Of a stretch of 10,880 nucleotides of DNA, positions 1-6,282 are shown piece after piece (position 1 is the stretch's first letter; every line of letters starts with the position of its first letter). The notes beneath the pieces were generated by a model that saw only the letters and a list, made by a program, of their open reading frames with translations, searched no databases and was not told the origin of the DNA. Source of the stretch: an uncultured Bdellovibrio sp. (lineage in GTDB: Bacteria > Bdellovibrionota > Bdellovibrionia > Bdellovibrionales > Bdellovibrionaceae); the NCBI GenBank assembly GCA_964569545.1, contig CAZMVK010000095.1, forward strand, positions 1-10,880, written 5' to 3'. A program made the position numbers and the translations under genes.

Positions 1-1849
1 TTACTTTGTCTTCGTTTTGCTTTTTCTCTTTGTTAATTTGGTCTTTAATTTTTTGCAATTGTGAATCTACTTGCGATTTAAGATTATTGAGTTGTTTTTC
101 AATTTCGGCTCTGTTTTTGCCGACTTCATCGTTTATGCTTTTTTGTAGTTTTGCTCGAGCTTCGTCAATTTTCTTTTGTATTTGCTTTCCAAAACCTTTC
201 TGAAGTTCTGGTCCGAAGTTAGAGCTTAGGTCAAGTTTAACATTTTGTGGAAGTTCGCCGGCGGCATTGGCTTCGATATTTAAATTTGGAAGTCCGTTGA
301 ATACGGATATTAAAATTTCTTTAAGAATAGGTTCTTTTGCGGAAATTTCATATTTTGCATTTTGTATAATATTTTTGCTTTGTAAATTAAGCTGCTTTAG
401 TCCAATCAGATTTCCTTGTGAATTGATTGAGGCATTAGCGTTTGTGAAGGAAATGCTGGCATCCTCGCTCTGAAGTAGGTCTTTTGAATCAATAGCGTAG
501 CTGCCAATTTTGAAGTCGTAATGAATTTTGCTTTCATTTTGAGTGTTGTCGAGTGAAAACATTGTTTCTAGATTGGAAATTTTCTGAGCCGGGAAGTCTC
601 CTTGGATATTCATTACTGTAGGTTTTTTTGTTAGCTTTTGATTAGATGTAATATCTGTAATTCCACCTTTGATGTTTCCGTAATTAGAGTTGTTTGTTGT
701 TGATTTTGAGCTAATCAAAATCTTTTTTAGCCAGAACATTGGTAAACTGTTGTTATGTCCAAACTCGTATGAGATCCCTTTGGAGCGTGGGTGTGGTTTA
801 ATGGTCTCGTCATCTGTTGACGTGTTATCTTTTTTAAGAAGTTTTGGTGGTAAATATTTTTCAGCTAGTCCGCGATAGTAATTGGCTTTGTTGATATAAG
901 GATTGAGATATGAGCGCAAAATGCTTTCTGTTATGCTTTTGGCATCAAGCTTTGGTAAATGTAGACGTTGCTCTAAGTTTTTAATGTCACTTTTGATGGA
1001 TTGATCAATTTCTTTTAGTTGAGTGTCTAGAAATTTAATATCTTCGTTGAATTCGCCATCTGCCCCTTGAACTTTTTTAAATTTCTCATCTATTTCTTTT
1101 ACGATTTTGTCGGCTTCGCTAAGTGTTTGTTGTAATTCTTGCGGTGATTTAAAATCTTTTGTTTTTAGTTTGGATATGCGATCGTTGATGCCTTGTATTT
1201 CTTGTTGGTTGGGAAGTGATTTTAATTTGTCGTCCCATTTTTTTTGTTTATCTTTGATCGTTATGTTTAAGGCATCAATTTTTTTCTTTGATTCTAGATT
1301 GTCTTGAATTTTTCCCAACTGATCTTGATTGTTTGATTGTGATAAAAATGCGGCAATATCGCCAATTGCATTTTCTTTGTTTTTATTTTCAATAGTTTGT
1401 AGCGCCTTGTCTTTAGCTTCGTTAATTACTTTTGATGTTTGTCCATCGTCTGCTTTGGGCGGCTCTGGTGGTTTGACTTTTCCTTTGGTTTTTCTCAAAG
1501 TATTGATGCCGATTTGTTCAACTGCAATTTCATCAATGATCAGGCGTGCTCGTAATAGACCATTCCATGGGATTGAAAATCGAATTTCTCCAATTTCGAC
1601 AGCGTTGTGCTGAGGATTTTCAGAGTCTGTGAGTTCGAGTTTTTTAAGTTGAAAAGAGCCGTCGAAAAAACTGGTTTTTATTTGCTCGATATTGAGTTCG
1701 ACACCAAGAGCTTGGTAGCCGCCGAATTCTATTGCTTTTTTAAGGTGAAGGTCGAAAAGGAAGTGGAAATAGCAGTAAGTAATAACCATGATGATGAAGA
1801 ATGGTACGACTGCTTCTGTGCGAATTGGACCTTTAATTTTTTTACTCAT
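1..1849 (-). CDS. Large membrane-anchored protein: one N-terminal TM helix, an AsmA/TamB-like beta-rich region, then a long Lys/Glu/Gln-rich coiled coil. Possibly a TIGR03545-family member. Start codon is in the window; the 3' end runs off the left edge (at least 616 codons).
   Basis: Hand translation of the minus strand from ATG (revcomp of 1847-1849) gives MSKKIKGPIRTEAVVPFFIIMVITYCYFHFLFDLHLKKAIEFGGYQALGVELNIEQ... with no stop through position 2. A GGAG Shine-Dalgarno sits 5 nt upstream (revcomp ctctGGAGttcacATG). All plus-strand ORFs in 1-1867 are short, F/L/S/C-rich antisense artefacts. The six-frame track omits this ORF, presumably because it is edge-truncated. Confidence 0.75.
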   Translation of the reverse strand, partial: MSKKIKGPIRTEAVVPFFIIMVITYCYFHFLFDLHLKKAIEFGGYQALGVELNIEQIKTSFFDGSFQLKKLELTDSENPQHNAVEIGEIRFSIPWNGLLRARLIIDEIAVEQIGINTLRKTKGKVKPPEPPKADDGQTSKVINEAKDKALQTIENKNKENAIGDIAAFLSQSNNQDQLGKIQDNLESKKKIDALNITIKDKQKKWDDKLKSLPNQQEIQGINDRISKLKTKDFKSPQELQQTLSEADKIVKEIDEKFKKVQGADGEFNEDIKFLDTQLKEIDQSIKSDIKNLEQRLHLPKLDAKSITESILRSYLNPYINKANYYRGLAEKYLPPKLLKKDNTSTDDETIKPHPRSKGISYEFGHNNSLPMFWLKKILISSKSTTNNSNYGNIKGGITDITSNQKLTKKPTVMNIQGDFPAQKISNLETMFSLDNTQNESKIHYDFKIGSYAIDSKDLLQSEDASISFTNANASINSQGNLIGLKQLNLQSKNIIQNAKYEISAKEPILKEILISVFNGLPNLNIEANAAGELPQNVKLDLSSNFGPELQKGFGKQIQKKIDEARAKLQKSINDEVGKNRAEIEKQLNNLKSQVDSQLQKIKDQINKEKKQNEDKV

Positions 1850-2109
1850 GTGAACTCCAGAGTTTGATCTTTCTCAAGTGACTGAATTGGTTAACAGTAT
1901 GGATATCAAAATGTTTATTAATATGGTTATTCTATATTGAGTGGAAATATTTTTTCAACGTATGAAAGTCGAAAATAAATTATGTAAGTACTAGGTCGAT
2001 TGATTTTTATTCTGGAGAATCTTTGTAAGACTTTTTGATTAAACATTTTTTGGTCTCTTTATTAAAGTGTTAGTTCTGTTAAGTTCGACAAAGTTAGGTC
2101 AGATAAAGG

Positions 2110-2637
2110 CTATGCGCCATAAAGGCTGTTGTATTTGCTATACCATTGGTAGAATGAAGTGCTCATCCACATTTTCCAAATTTTTGTAGATTGGTAGCGA
2201 GCGACGACAACTTCGCGATATTTAATGATAAGTGATTTGAAAACGAAAAATAAGATTGGTGCTAATGCAAATGAAATGACCGCTGAACCCATAAATATAG
2301 AATTGTTAAAGCGTGTGAGTGGAAGCAGGGGTACATTGTACATTTTAATGAAAATTTCGCGAAGAGCCGTGCTTTCGAGTATCGCTCTGCCTAGTTGATC
2401 TGAGACTGGGTCGAAAAGATAAGCTACGAATTTGAAAAAGAATGCAGATAAGGTTGCAGCCCCTAGTTGAACTCGGAAAAAAAAGCATATGAAAATAATT
2501 AGTATTGTTTGAAGAGACAGGGCTGGGGCGAAGCCAAGAACGACTCCGAAAGCTAAGCCTGAGGCAAGTTGATATGTTCCAGTGTCGGAATTTAGTAGTT
2601 TGAAAAACGAAAAAATTTCTTTTAATAAGAGTGTCAT
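2110..2637 (-). CDS. Small polytopic membrane protein, DUF2062-like (TIGR03546-like partner of the upstream large protein)
   Basis: 175-aa ORF with a hydrophobic core GLAFGVVLGFAPALSLQTILIIFICFFFRVQLGAATLSAFFFKFVAYLFDPVSDQLG that matches my recollection of the DUF2062 pattern (GxxxGxxxGxxP...Q...). AGGAG RBS 5 nt before the ATG (revcomp caggagattttATG). Same strand as, and immediately upstream of, the large gene, consistent with the reported TIGR03545/TIGR03546 adjacency (recalled from memory, not verified). Confidence 0.7.
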   Translation of the reverse strand: MTLLLKEIFSFFKLLNSDTGTYQLASGLAFGVVLGFAPALSLQTILIIFICFFFRVQLGAATLSAFFFKFVAYLFDPVSDQLGRAILESTALREIFIKMYNVPLLPLTRFNNSIFMGSAVISFALAPILFFVFKSLIIKYREVVVARYQSTKIWKMWMSTSFYQWYSKYNSLYGA

Positions 2638-2799
2638 AAAATCTCCTGATTCTGCTCGATCTGTTTTTATTATTTACCATTGATGATATAAAAGTGTCTA
2701 ATAAAACTGATGATTCGTTGTCTTTTTGGGATGATCACCTGTAGAAGTTAGGATTTGATCTGACAGTTGCCCTTTTGCTTTGCAAAATTATTTGTACTG

Positions 2800-3737
2800 T
2801 CAGTTCAAGTTCAGATTAAGATTAAGATTCTTTTCTTCCCATTTTTTTATTCCGTCAATAAAAGTTTCCATCGGCGTTCTTCCGTTGCACATTTTTCCTT
2901 GATGAGTCCTCCTTTCATTATACTCCTGCATCCAGATATCTAAATCTGCTTGTAATTCTTCGATGGATTTGAATATCTTTTTTCTAAATGCAATTTGATA
3001 AAACTCATTTAAAATTGTTTTATGGAAACGTTCGCAGATTCCATTCGTTTGTGGATGACGTACTTTTGTTTTTGTATGTTCAATATCATTTACGCCAATA
3101 AATAATTGATATTCATGTTGATCGACCTTGCCGCAGTAATCGGTGTTTTTTGATTGTATAATTTTGCAAATGCAACTTTTGAATAAGTGTCCACAAATGT
3201 CTGCTGATAAATACGGCCAACACTCTTTAATGTGCCCACATAAAACGTATCTTGTGAGCCCAGATAGCCTGGGTGGGCTGTTTCTGTTTTTCCGTGAGCT
3301 ACGTCATCATCTTGCTTGCGCTCAAGTGCTGACAGCTGTGCTTCGGTAAATACGAGGCCAAGTTCGGCACTACGCTTTTCTAAAACTGTTAATCTTTTTT
3401 GAAATGACTCAAGATCATGACGTTGCCAAATACAATGAACTCCTGCGGGTGATACAAAAATACCAATTTTGCACAGTTCATTTGATGCTCTTTTCTGACC
3501 GAATGCTGGATTGTCATGAGACATCTTAACAACTTCATTTTCAATCTTTTCATCAATACGATTTTTTAGATTTAGTTTCCGCCGTGACACTTCGTAGAGT
3601 GCATCGACGCCACCCTCATCTGTTAATTCTTTGTAACGATAAAATGTATCCCTTGAATAACCCATGATTTTACAGGCTTTAGATACATTTTGAATCTCAG
3701 CGGCTAAACTTAATAGTCCAACCTTGTTTGATATGAT
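2800..3737 (-). pseudogene. IS481-family DDE transposase, disrupted: no canonical start, -1 frameshift at an A6 run, probable internal deletion between catalytic D1 and D2
   Basis: Frame A (3665->3090) reads MGYSRDTFYRYKELTDEGGVDAL...HPGYLGSQDTFYVGTLKSVGRIYQQTFVDTYSKVAFAKLYNQKTPITAARS... Its in-frame upstream extension, KIISNKVGLLSLAAEIQNVSKACKI (HTH-like), has no ATG before a TAA at 3741-3743. The -1 frame continues ...NTDYCGKVDQHEYQLFIGVNDIEHTKTKVRHPQTNGICERFHKTILNEFYQ...RTHQGK...EEKNLNLNLNLN, with the stop at 2800-2802. The frames switch at the coding-strand A6 run (plus-strand T6 at 3146-3151). The D1 (SQDTF) to D2 (NTDY) spacing is only about 37 aa, suggesting about 20 aa deleted. The rve-type DDE core (D...D...35...E, PQTNGxxER) is recognisable. 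Confidence 0.65.
2803..2830 (-). repeat. Hexanucleotide microsatellite (gttcaa/gttcag x2, attaag x2.5) encoding the (LN)4 tail of the transposase
   Basis: Plus strand 2803-2830 gttcaagttcagattaagattaagattc. On the minus strand this is ...aatcttaatcttaatctgaacttgaac = NLNLNLNLN followed by a stop. Confidence 0.6.
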
Positions 3738-3876
3738 TTTTTAATTTACTTTTGTTTACATAATTCAGTTACCTTTTCTTGATCGTGGTGATCATGTTTG
3801 TTTATTGCTAAACAAAAGGGTAACTGGGTTATCCACATTTTTTAATTCCAGATGTGTTGACGCAAACAACATGTCA

Positions 3877-3889
3877 TTTTTTTTTTTTT
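3877..3889 (+). repeat. T13 homopolymer (A13 on minus) in the flotillin-gene upstream region, 14 bp downstream of a TTGACG -35-like hexamer (3857-3862)
   Basis: The sequence ...gtgTTGACGcaaacaacatgtcaTTTTTTTTTTTTTgcgaacc... is read directly. It lies between the IS remnant (ends about 3795) and the flotillin start (3947). Confidence 0.8.
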
Positions 3890-3946
3890 GCGAACCTCTA
3901 GGTTTTAGTTTACGATTTGACCTTATGCGAAAAAGGAGAATCTGCA

Positions 3947-6013
3947 GTGGATATTATATCGTCGCTTTTGCCATTATTGTTGATTGCCGCAGCTGGCGGT
4001 CTTTGTTTCTTCATCTTCACTCGCTTTTTAGTCAATGTGGGGTCTGATGAAATCGCTATTACAGAAAGACAATTTGTTGGAAGTGAATTGGCACCTGGCA
4101 GGGTTTTCGCTTTAGATAATGAGGTTGGGCTGCGAGCGAGTTTTTTAGCTCCAGGGCTGCACTTTATACCTTGGCCAGTTGTAAAGTTATCGAATAAGCC
4201 AAAGTTTTTGAATATTGATGCCGACGAACTTGGAATTATCGAAGCTACCGATGGAGTTTCTCTTCCGTCAGGACGAATTTTTGCCGATGATCCAGCTGGC
4301 GGAAAGCATGATAACTTTCAAAATCCTGTTGAGTTTTTAAGAAGTGGTGGAATTCGAGGAAAGCAGCTTCGCTTTTTAACGAATGGAACTTTTAAAATTC
4401 ATCCTGATCTGTTTCGGGTTACGAAAATTAAAAAAACAACAATTCCTGAGGGAAAAATAGGAGTAGTTACCGCAGCTGATGGAGCCCCACTTGGTGGTCA
4501 TTTGCTTTCTAAAAGCATCGAAGGTCATGACAACTTTCAAAAAGCTGAAATATTCCTGCAAAATGGTGGTGAAAAAGGCCCTCAAATAGATTTTTTACGA
4601 CCTGGTGTTTATAACATCAACACTGAGGTCTTTAATGTAGCGATACATAATGCTATTCAAATCAGTGAAAATGAAATTGGTGTTGTCGATGCTCGCGATG
4701 GTTTGCCAATGAATCGTGATGAAGTTGTCGTCCATACTCCAGACAACCATCAGTATTTTCAAAATGGTCAGCTGTTTTTAGATAGTGGTGGCAAGCGAGG
4801 TCCTCAGGAGAGCATTTTAACACCAGGAACCTACTATATTAATCCCTATTTATTTTCAGTTTCAAAACGAAAGCAAACTATTGTTGCTCAAGGTGAAGTT
4901 GCCGTATTGATCTCGAATGTTGGCAAGGGTCCTGAGGAGTTTATTCCAAACGAAGCTGAAACAGCTGCAGAGCAAGATAAACATAAAGCAAGACATGTTG
5001 TCCCTAAGGGATACAGAGGAATTCAGCGAGAAGTTTTAGGTCCAGGAGCTTACAATATCAATCCCTTAGCTTACACTGTTATCATTATGCCAACGATTAC
5101 TCGTTCTGTCGATTGGAGTGCTGAGGCGGTGAGAAGCAATCCCGAGGGAAGCTTCGACCCGTTTCAAGTTGTTTCTTATGATGGTTTTCCTATGCAAGTT
5201 GAAGTTCGTTGCCAGTATCGGGTGCTTCCAGAAAATGCTCCCTATGTTGTGCAGAAAATTGGATCGATTGATGAACTAGAGAGTAATGCAATTCATCCAC
5301 AAATTGATGGTATATTTAGGGCCCAGGTGTCTCGTTCTCCTGCAATTTCCTACCAACAAAATCGTGCCGAAGAACAAAAAGCTGCTGAGGAAGCTGTTCG
5401 CATGGATCTAGCGAAATATCGAGTTGAAGTCGTGTCGGTTATGATTACCAACATCCATTTGCCCGAAGCTCTTATGAAGACGACACAACAAAAGAATTTA
5501 GCTGAACAAGAAAAGTCTATGTACGATGCTAAAAAAGATGCCGAGCAACGACGGATTGAGTTTGAAAAAACTCGGGCAGAAGCTGACATGCAAGTCGATA
5601 TTATTAAAGCTGAATCAGGAATCAAAGTGGCTCAACATGAGGCTAGGCAAATGGAAGAGCGAGCTAGAGGAGATGCTTCTCGTGTTCGCATGAGTGCAGA
5701 AGCTGAAGCCACACGAACAAAACAAATAGGTGATGCTGAAGCTGGTGTTGTTCAATCCAAAGGGGAAGCACAAGCCAAAGCATACCGTGACCAAGTTGCT
5801 GCTTTAACTGCACAAGGGGTCACTACTGTTGAAGTTGTTAAAGCAATTTCGGCGGCAGGATTAAAAATCACTCCTGATATTCAGATTTCTGGATCTGGCT
5901 CTCAGTCAGGAGATAGTTCGAACGGTTTAGTCCAAGTTCTACTTGCGCAATTTATTCAACAGCAAAAAAATAGACCTGACGAATCCAACAAGCAAGTTCT
6001 ACCTACTTCGTAA
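3947..6013 (+). CDS. Flotillin-like SPFH (band 7) family membrane protein (YqiK/FloT-type) with an expanded, internally repeated N-terminal region
   Basis: AAGGAG (3933-3938) lies 8 nt before GTG 3947. The six-frame track begins at TTG 3917, but the GTG start yields M-DIISSLLPLLLIAAAGGLCFFIF, a typical flotillin N-terminal TM. The SPFH core includes ...PGLHFIPWPVV... and ...VEVRCQYRVLPENAPYVVQKIGSIDELESNAIHPQIDGIFRAQVS... The C-terminal Ala/Glu/Gln-rich flotillin coiled coil includes EQRRIEFEKTRAEADMQVDIIKAESGIKVAQHEARQMEERARGDAS...AEAGVVQSKGEAQAKAYRDQVAALTAQGVTTVEVVKAISAAG. About 330 aa are inserted between SPFH strand 1 and the rest of the domain. Confidence 0.85.
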   Translation: MDIISSLLPLLLIAAAGGLCFFIFTRFLVNVGSDEIAITERQFVGSELAPGRVFALDNEVGLRASFLAPGLHFIPWPVVKLSNKPKFLNIDADELGIIEATDGVSLPSGRIFADDPAGGKHDNFQNPVEFLRSGGIRGKQLRFLTNGTFKIHPDLFRVTKIKKTTIPEGKIGVVTAADGAPLGGHLLSKSIEGHDNFQKAEIFLQNGGEKGPQIDFLRPGVYNINTEVFNVAIHNAIQISENEIGVVDARDGLPMNRDEVVVHTPDNHQYFQNGQLFLDSGGKRGPQESILTPGTYYINPYLFSVSKRKQTIVAQGEVAVLISNVGKGPEEFIPNEAETAAEQDKHKARHVVPKGYRGIQREVLGPGAYNINPLAYTVIIMPTITRSVDWSAEAVRSNPEGSFDPFQVVSYDGFPMQVEVRCQYRVLPENAPYVVQKIGSIDELESNAIHPQIDGIFRAQVSRSPAISYQQNRAEEQKAAEEAVRMDLAKYRVEVVSVMITNIHLPEALMKTTQQKNLAEQEKSMYDAKKDAEQRRIEFEKTRAEADMQVDIIKAESGIKVAQHEARQMEERARGDASRVRMSAEAEATRTKQIGDAEAGVVQSKGEAQAKAYRDQVAALTAQGVTTVEVVKAISAAGLKITPDIQISGSGSQSGDSSNGLVQVLLAQFIQQQKNRPDESNKQVLPTS
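4217..5117 (+). repeat. Four tandem degenerate protein-level repeats (about 73-80 aa, about 220 bp each) inside the flotillin CDS; a fifth, shorter founder copy lies at about 4049-4216
   Basis: Aligned units: ELGIIEATDGVSLP...GKHDNFQNPVEFLRSGGIRGKQLRFLTNGTFKIHPDLF; IPEGKIGVVTAADGAPL...GHDNFQKAEIFLQNGGEKGPQIDFLRPGVYNINTEVF; ISENEIGVVDARDGLPM...DNHQYFQNGQLFLDSGGKRGPQESILTPGTYYINPYLF; IVAQGEVAVLISNVGKGP...GYRGIQREVLGPGAYNINPLAY. Each resembles the canonical SPFH N-terminal hairpin (EIAITERQFVG...LAPGLHFIPWPVV). Confidence 0.6.
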
Positions 6014-6282
6014 AAAATCAGCTATTAGGCAGCAATTTATTGTGAAATCTCAAAACCCGCGGAGATCGATATCGCCACGGAAAGATAAATCATCGCTGGG
6101 GTTCACAAATGGGCTCCGTCATCTTGAGGAAGCAAAATGTTGTGCGGAATTTCTGCGATATCGAAGTAAAGAACCCAGGGAGTTATCAGGGAGATATGAA
6201 GGAAGAAATAAAGTTTATACCCGCGTTAAACCTTCGATGAAAAATTGCAAAGAAGCTCCAGTTAAATTTAGACTCATGTGAT
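6014..6282 (+). other. 269-bp spacer with no ORF of 60 aa or more (only a 43-aa candidate sORF), relatively GC-rich and carrying palindromes; candidate leader/regulatory RNA, internal promoter or sORF between flotillin and the M48 operon
   Basis: No minus-strand ORF of 60 aa or more. The only plus-strand ORF is the tail of a frame overlapping the flotillin 3' end. It contains the CCGCGG and CGATATCG palindromes and the inverted 10-mers tcgatatcgc (6066-6075) / gcgatatcga (6155-6164). Candidate 43-aa sORF at 6109-6240 (MGSVILRKQNVVRNFCDIEVKNPGSYQGDMKEEIKFIPALNLR) with GGGG 9-12 nt upstream. Confidence 0.35.

Larger units (their letters stand above)
2731..3795 (-). mobile_element. Degraded IS481-family insertion sequence (boundaries approximate)
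   Basis: Contains a transposase pseudogene. It is flanked by a 9-bp inverted repeat, atgatcacc (2731-2739) and ggtgatcat (3787-3795). Alternatively a direct imperfect 12-13-mer cagttgccctttt (2764-2776) / cagttacctttt (3769-3780) could mark target duplications. The exact termini cannot be fixed from sequence alone. Confidence 0.5.

Noticed and set aside
6-1867. Six plus-strand ORFs of 65-94 aa (6-203, 267-473, 690-878, 1107-1307, 1329-1613, 1607-1867)
   Set aside because: They are F/L/S/C-rich and low-complexity, and they tile the antisense strand of one continuous minus-strand reading frame that gives a coherent coiled-coil protein with a good RBS. They are antisense artefacts of an A/K-rich gene.
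2345-2680. 111-aa minus-strand ORF overlapping the DUF2062 gene in another frame
   Set aside because: R/S-rich and out of frame with a well-formed membrane protein that has an RBS. The DUF2062-like frame is the real one.
3143-3349. 68-aa plus-strand ORF inside the IS
   Set aside because: Antisense to the transposase reading frame, with no RBS.
3851-3889. Rho-independent terminator reading (weak hairpin tgttg-acgcaaa-caaca followed by the T-run)
   Set aside because: The stem is only 5 bp, AT-rich and separated from the T-run. There is no plus-strand upstream gene to terminate, since the neighbour is the minus-strand IS. A promoter-associated homopolymer is the better interpretation.
3917-3946. 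TTG 3917 as the flotillin start (as in the ORF track)
   Set aside because: GTG 3947 has a canonical AAGGAG 8 nt upstream and yields the typical M-D-I-I...TM N-terminus. The TTG start would add a 10-aa extension and has no SD.
3805-4047. 80-aa plus-strand ORF starting at ATG 3805 and running across the T13 tract into the flotillin N-terminus
   Set aside because: It encodes FFFF from the homopolymer and is out of frame with the flotillin TM/SPFH sequence, which has a proper AAGGAG-N8-GTG start.
6095-6125. tRNA-like T-arm (ggggttcacaaatggg) in the 6014-6282 spacer
   Set aside because: The flanking 5-mers are not complementary (tgggg versus atggg), and there is no acceptor or anticodon arm. It is not a tRNA.
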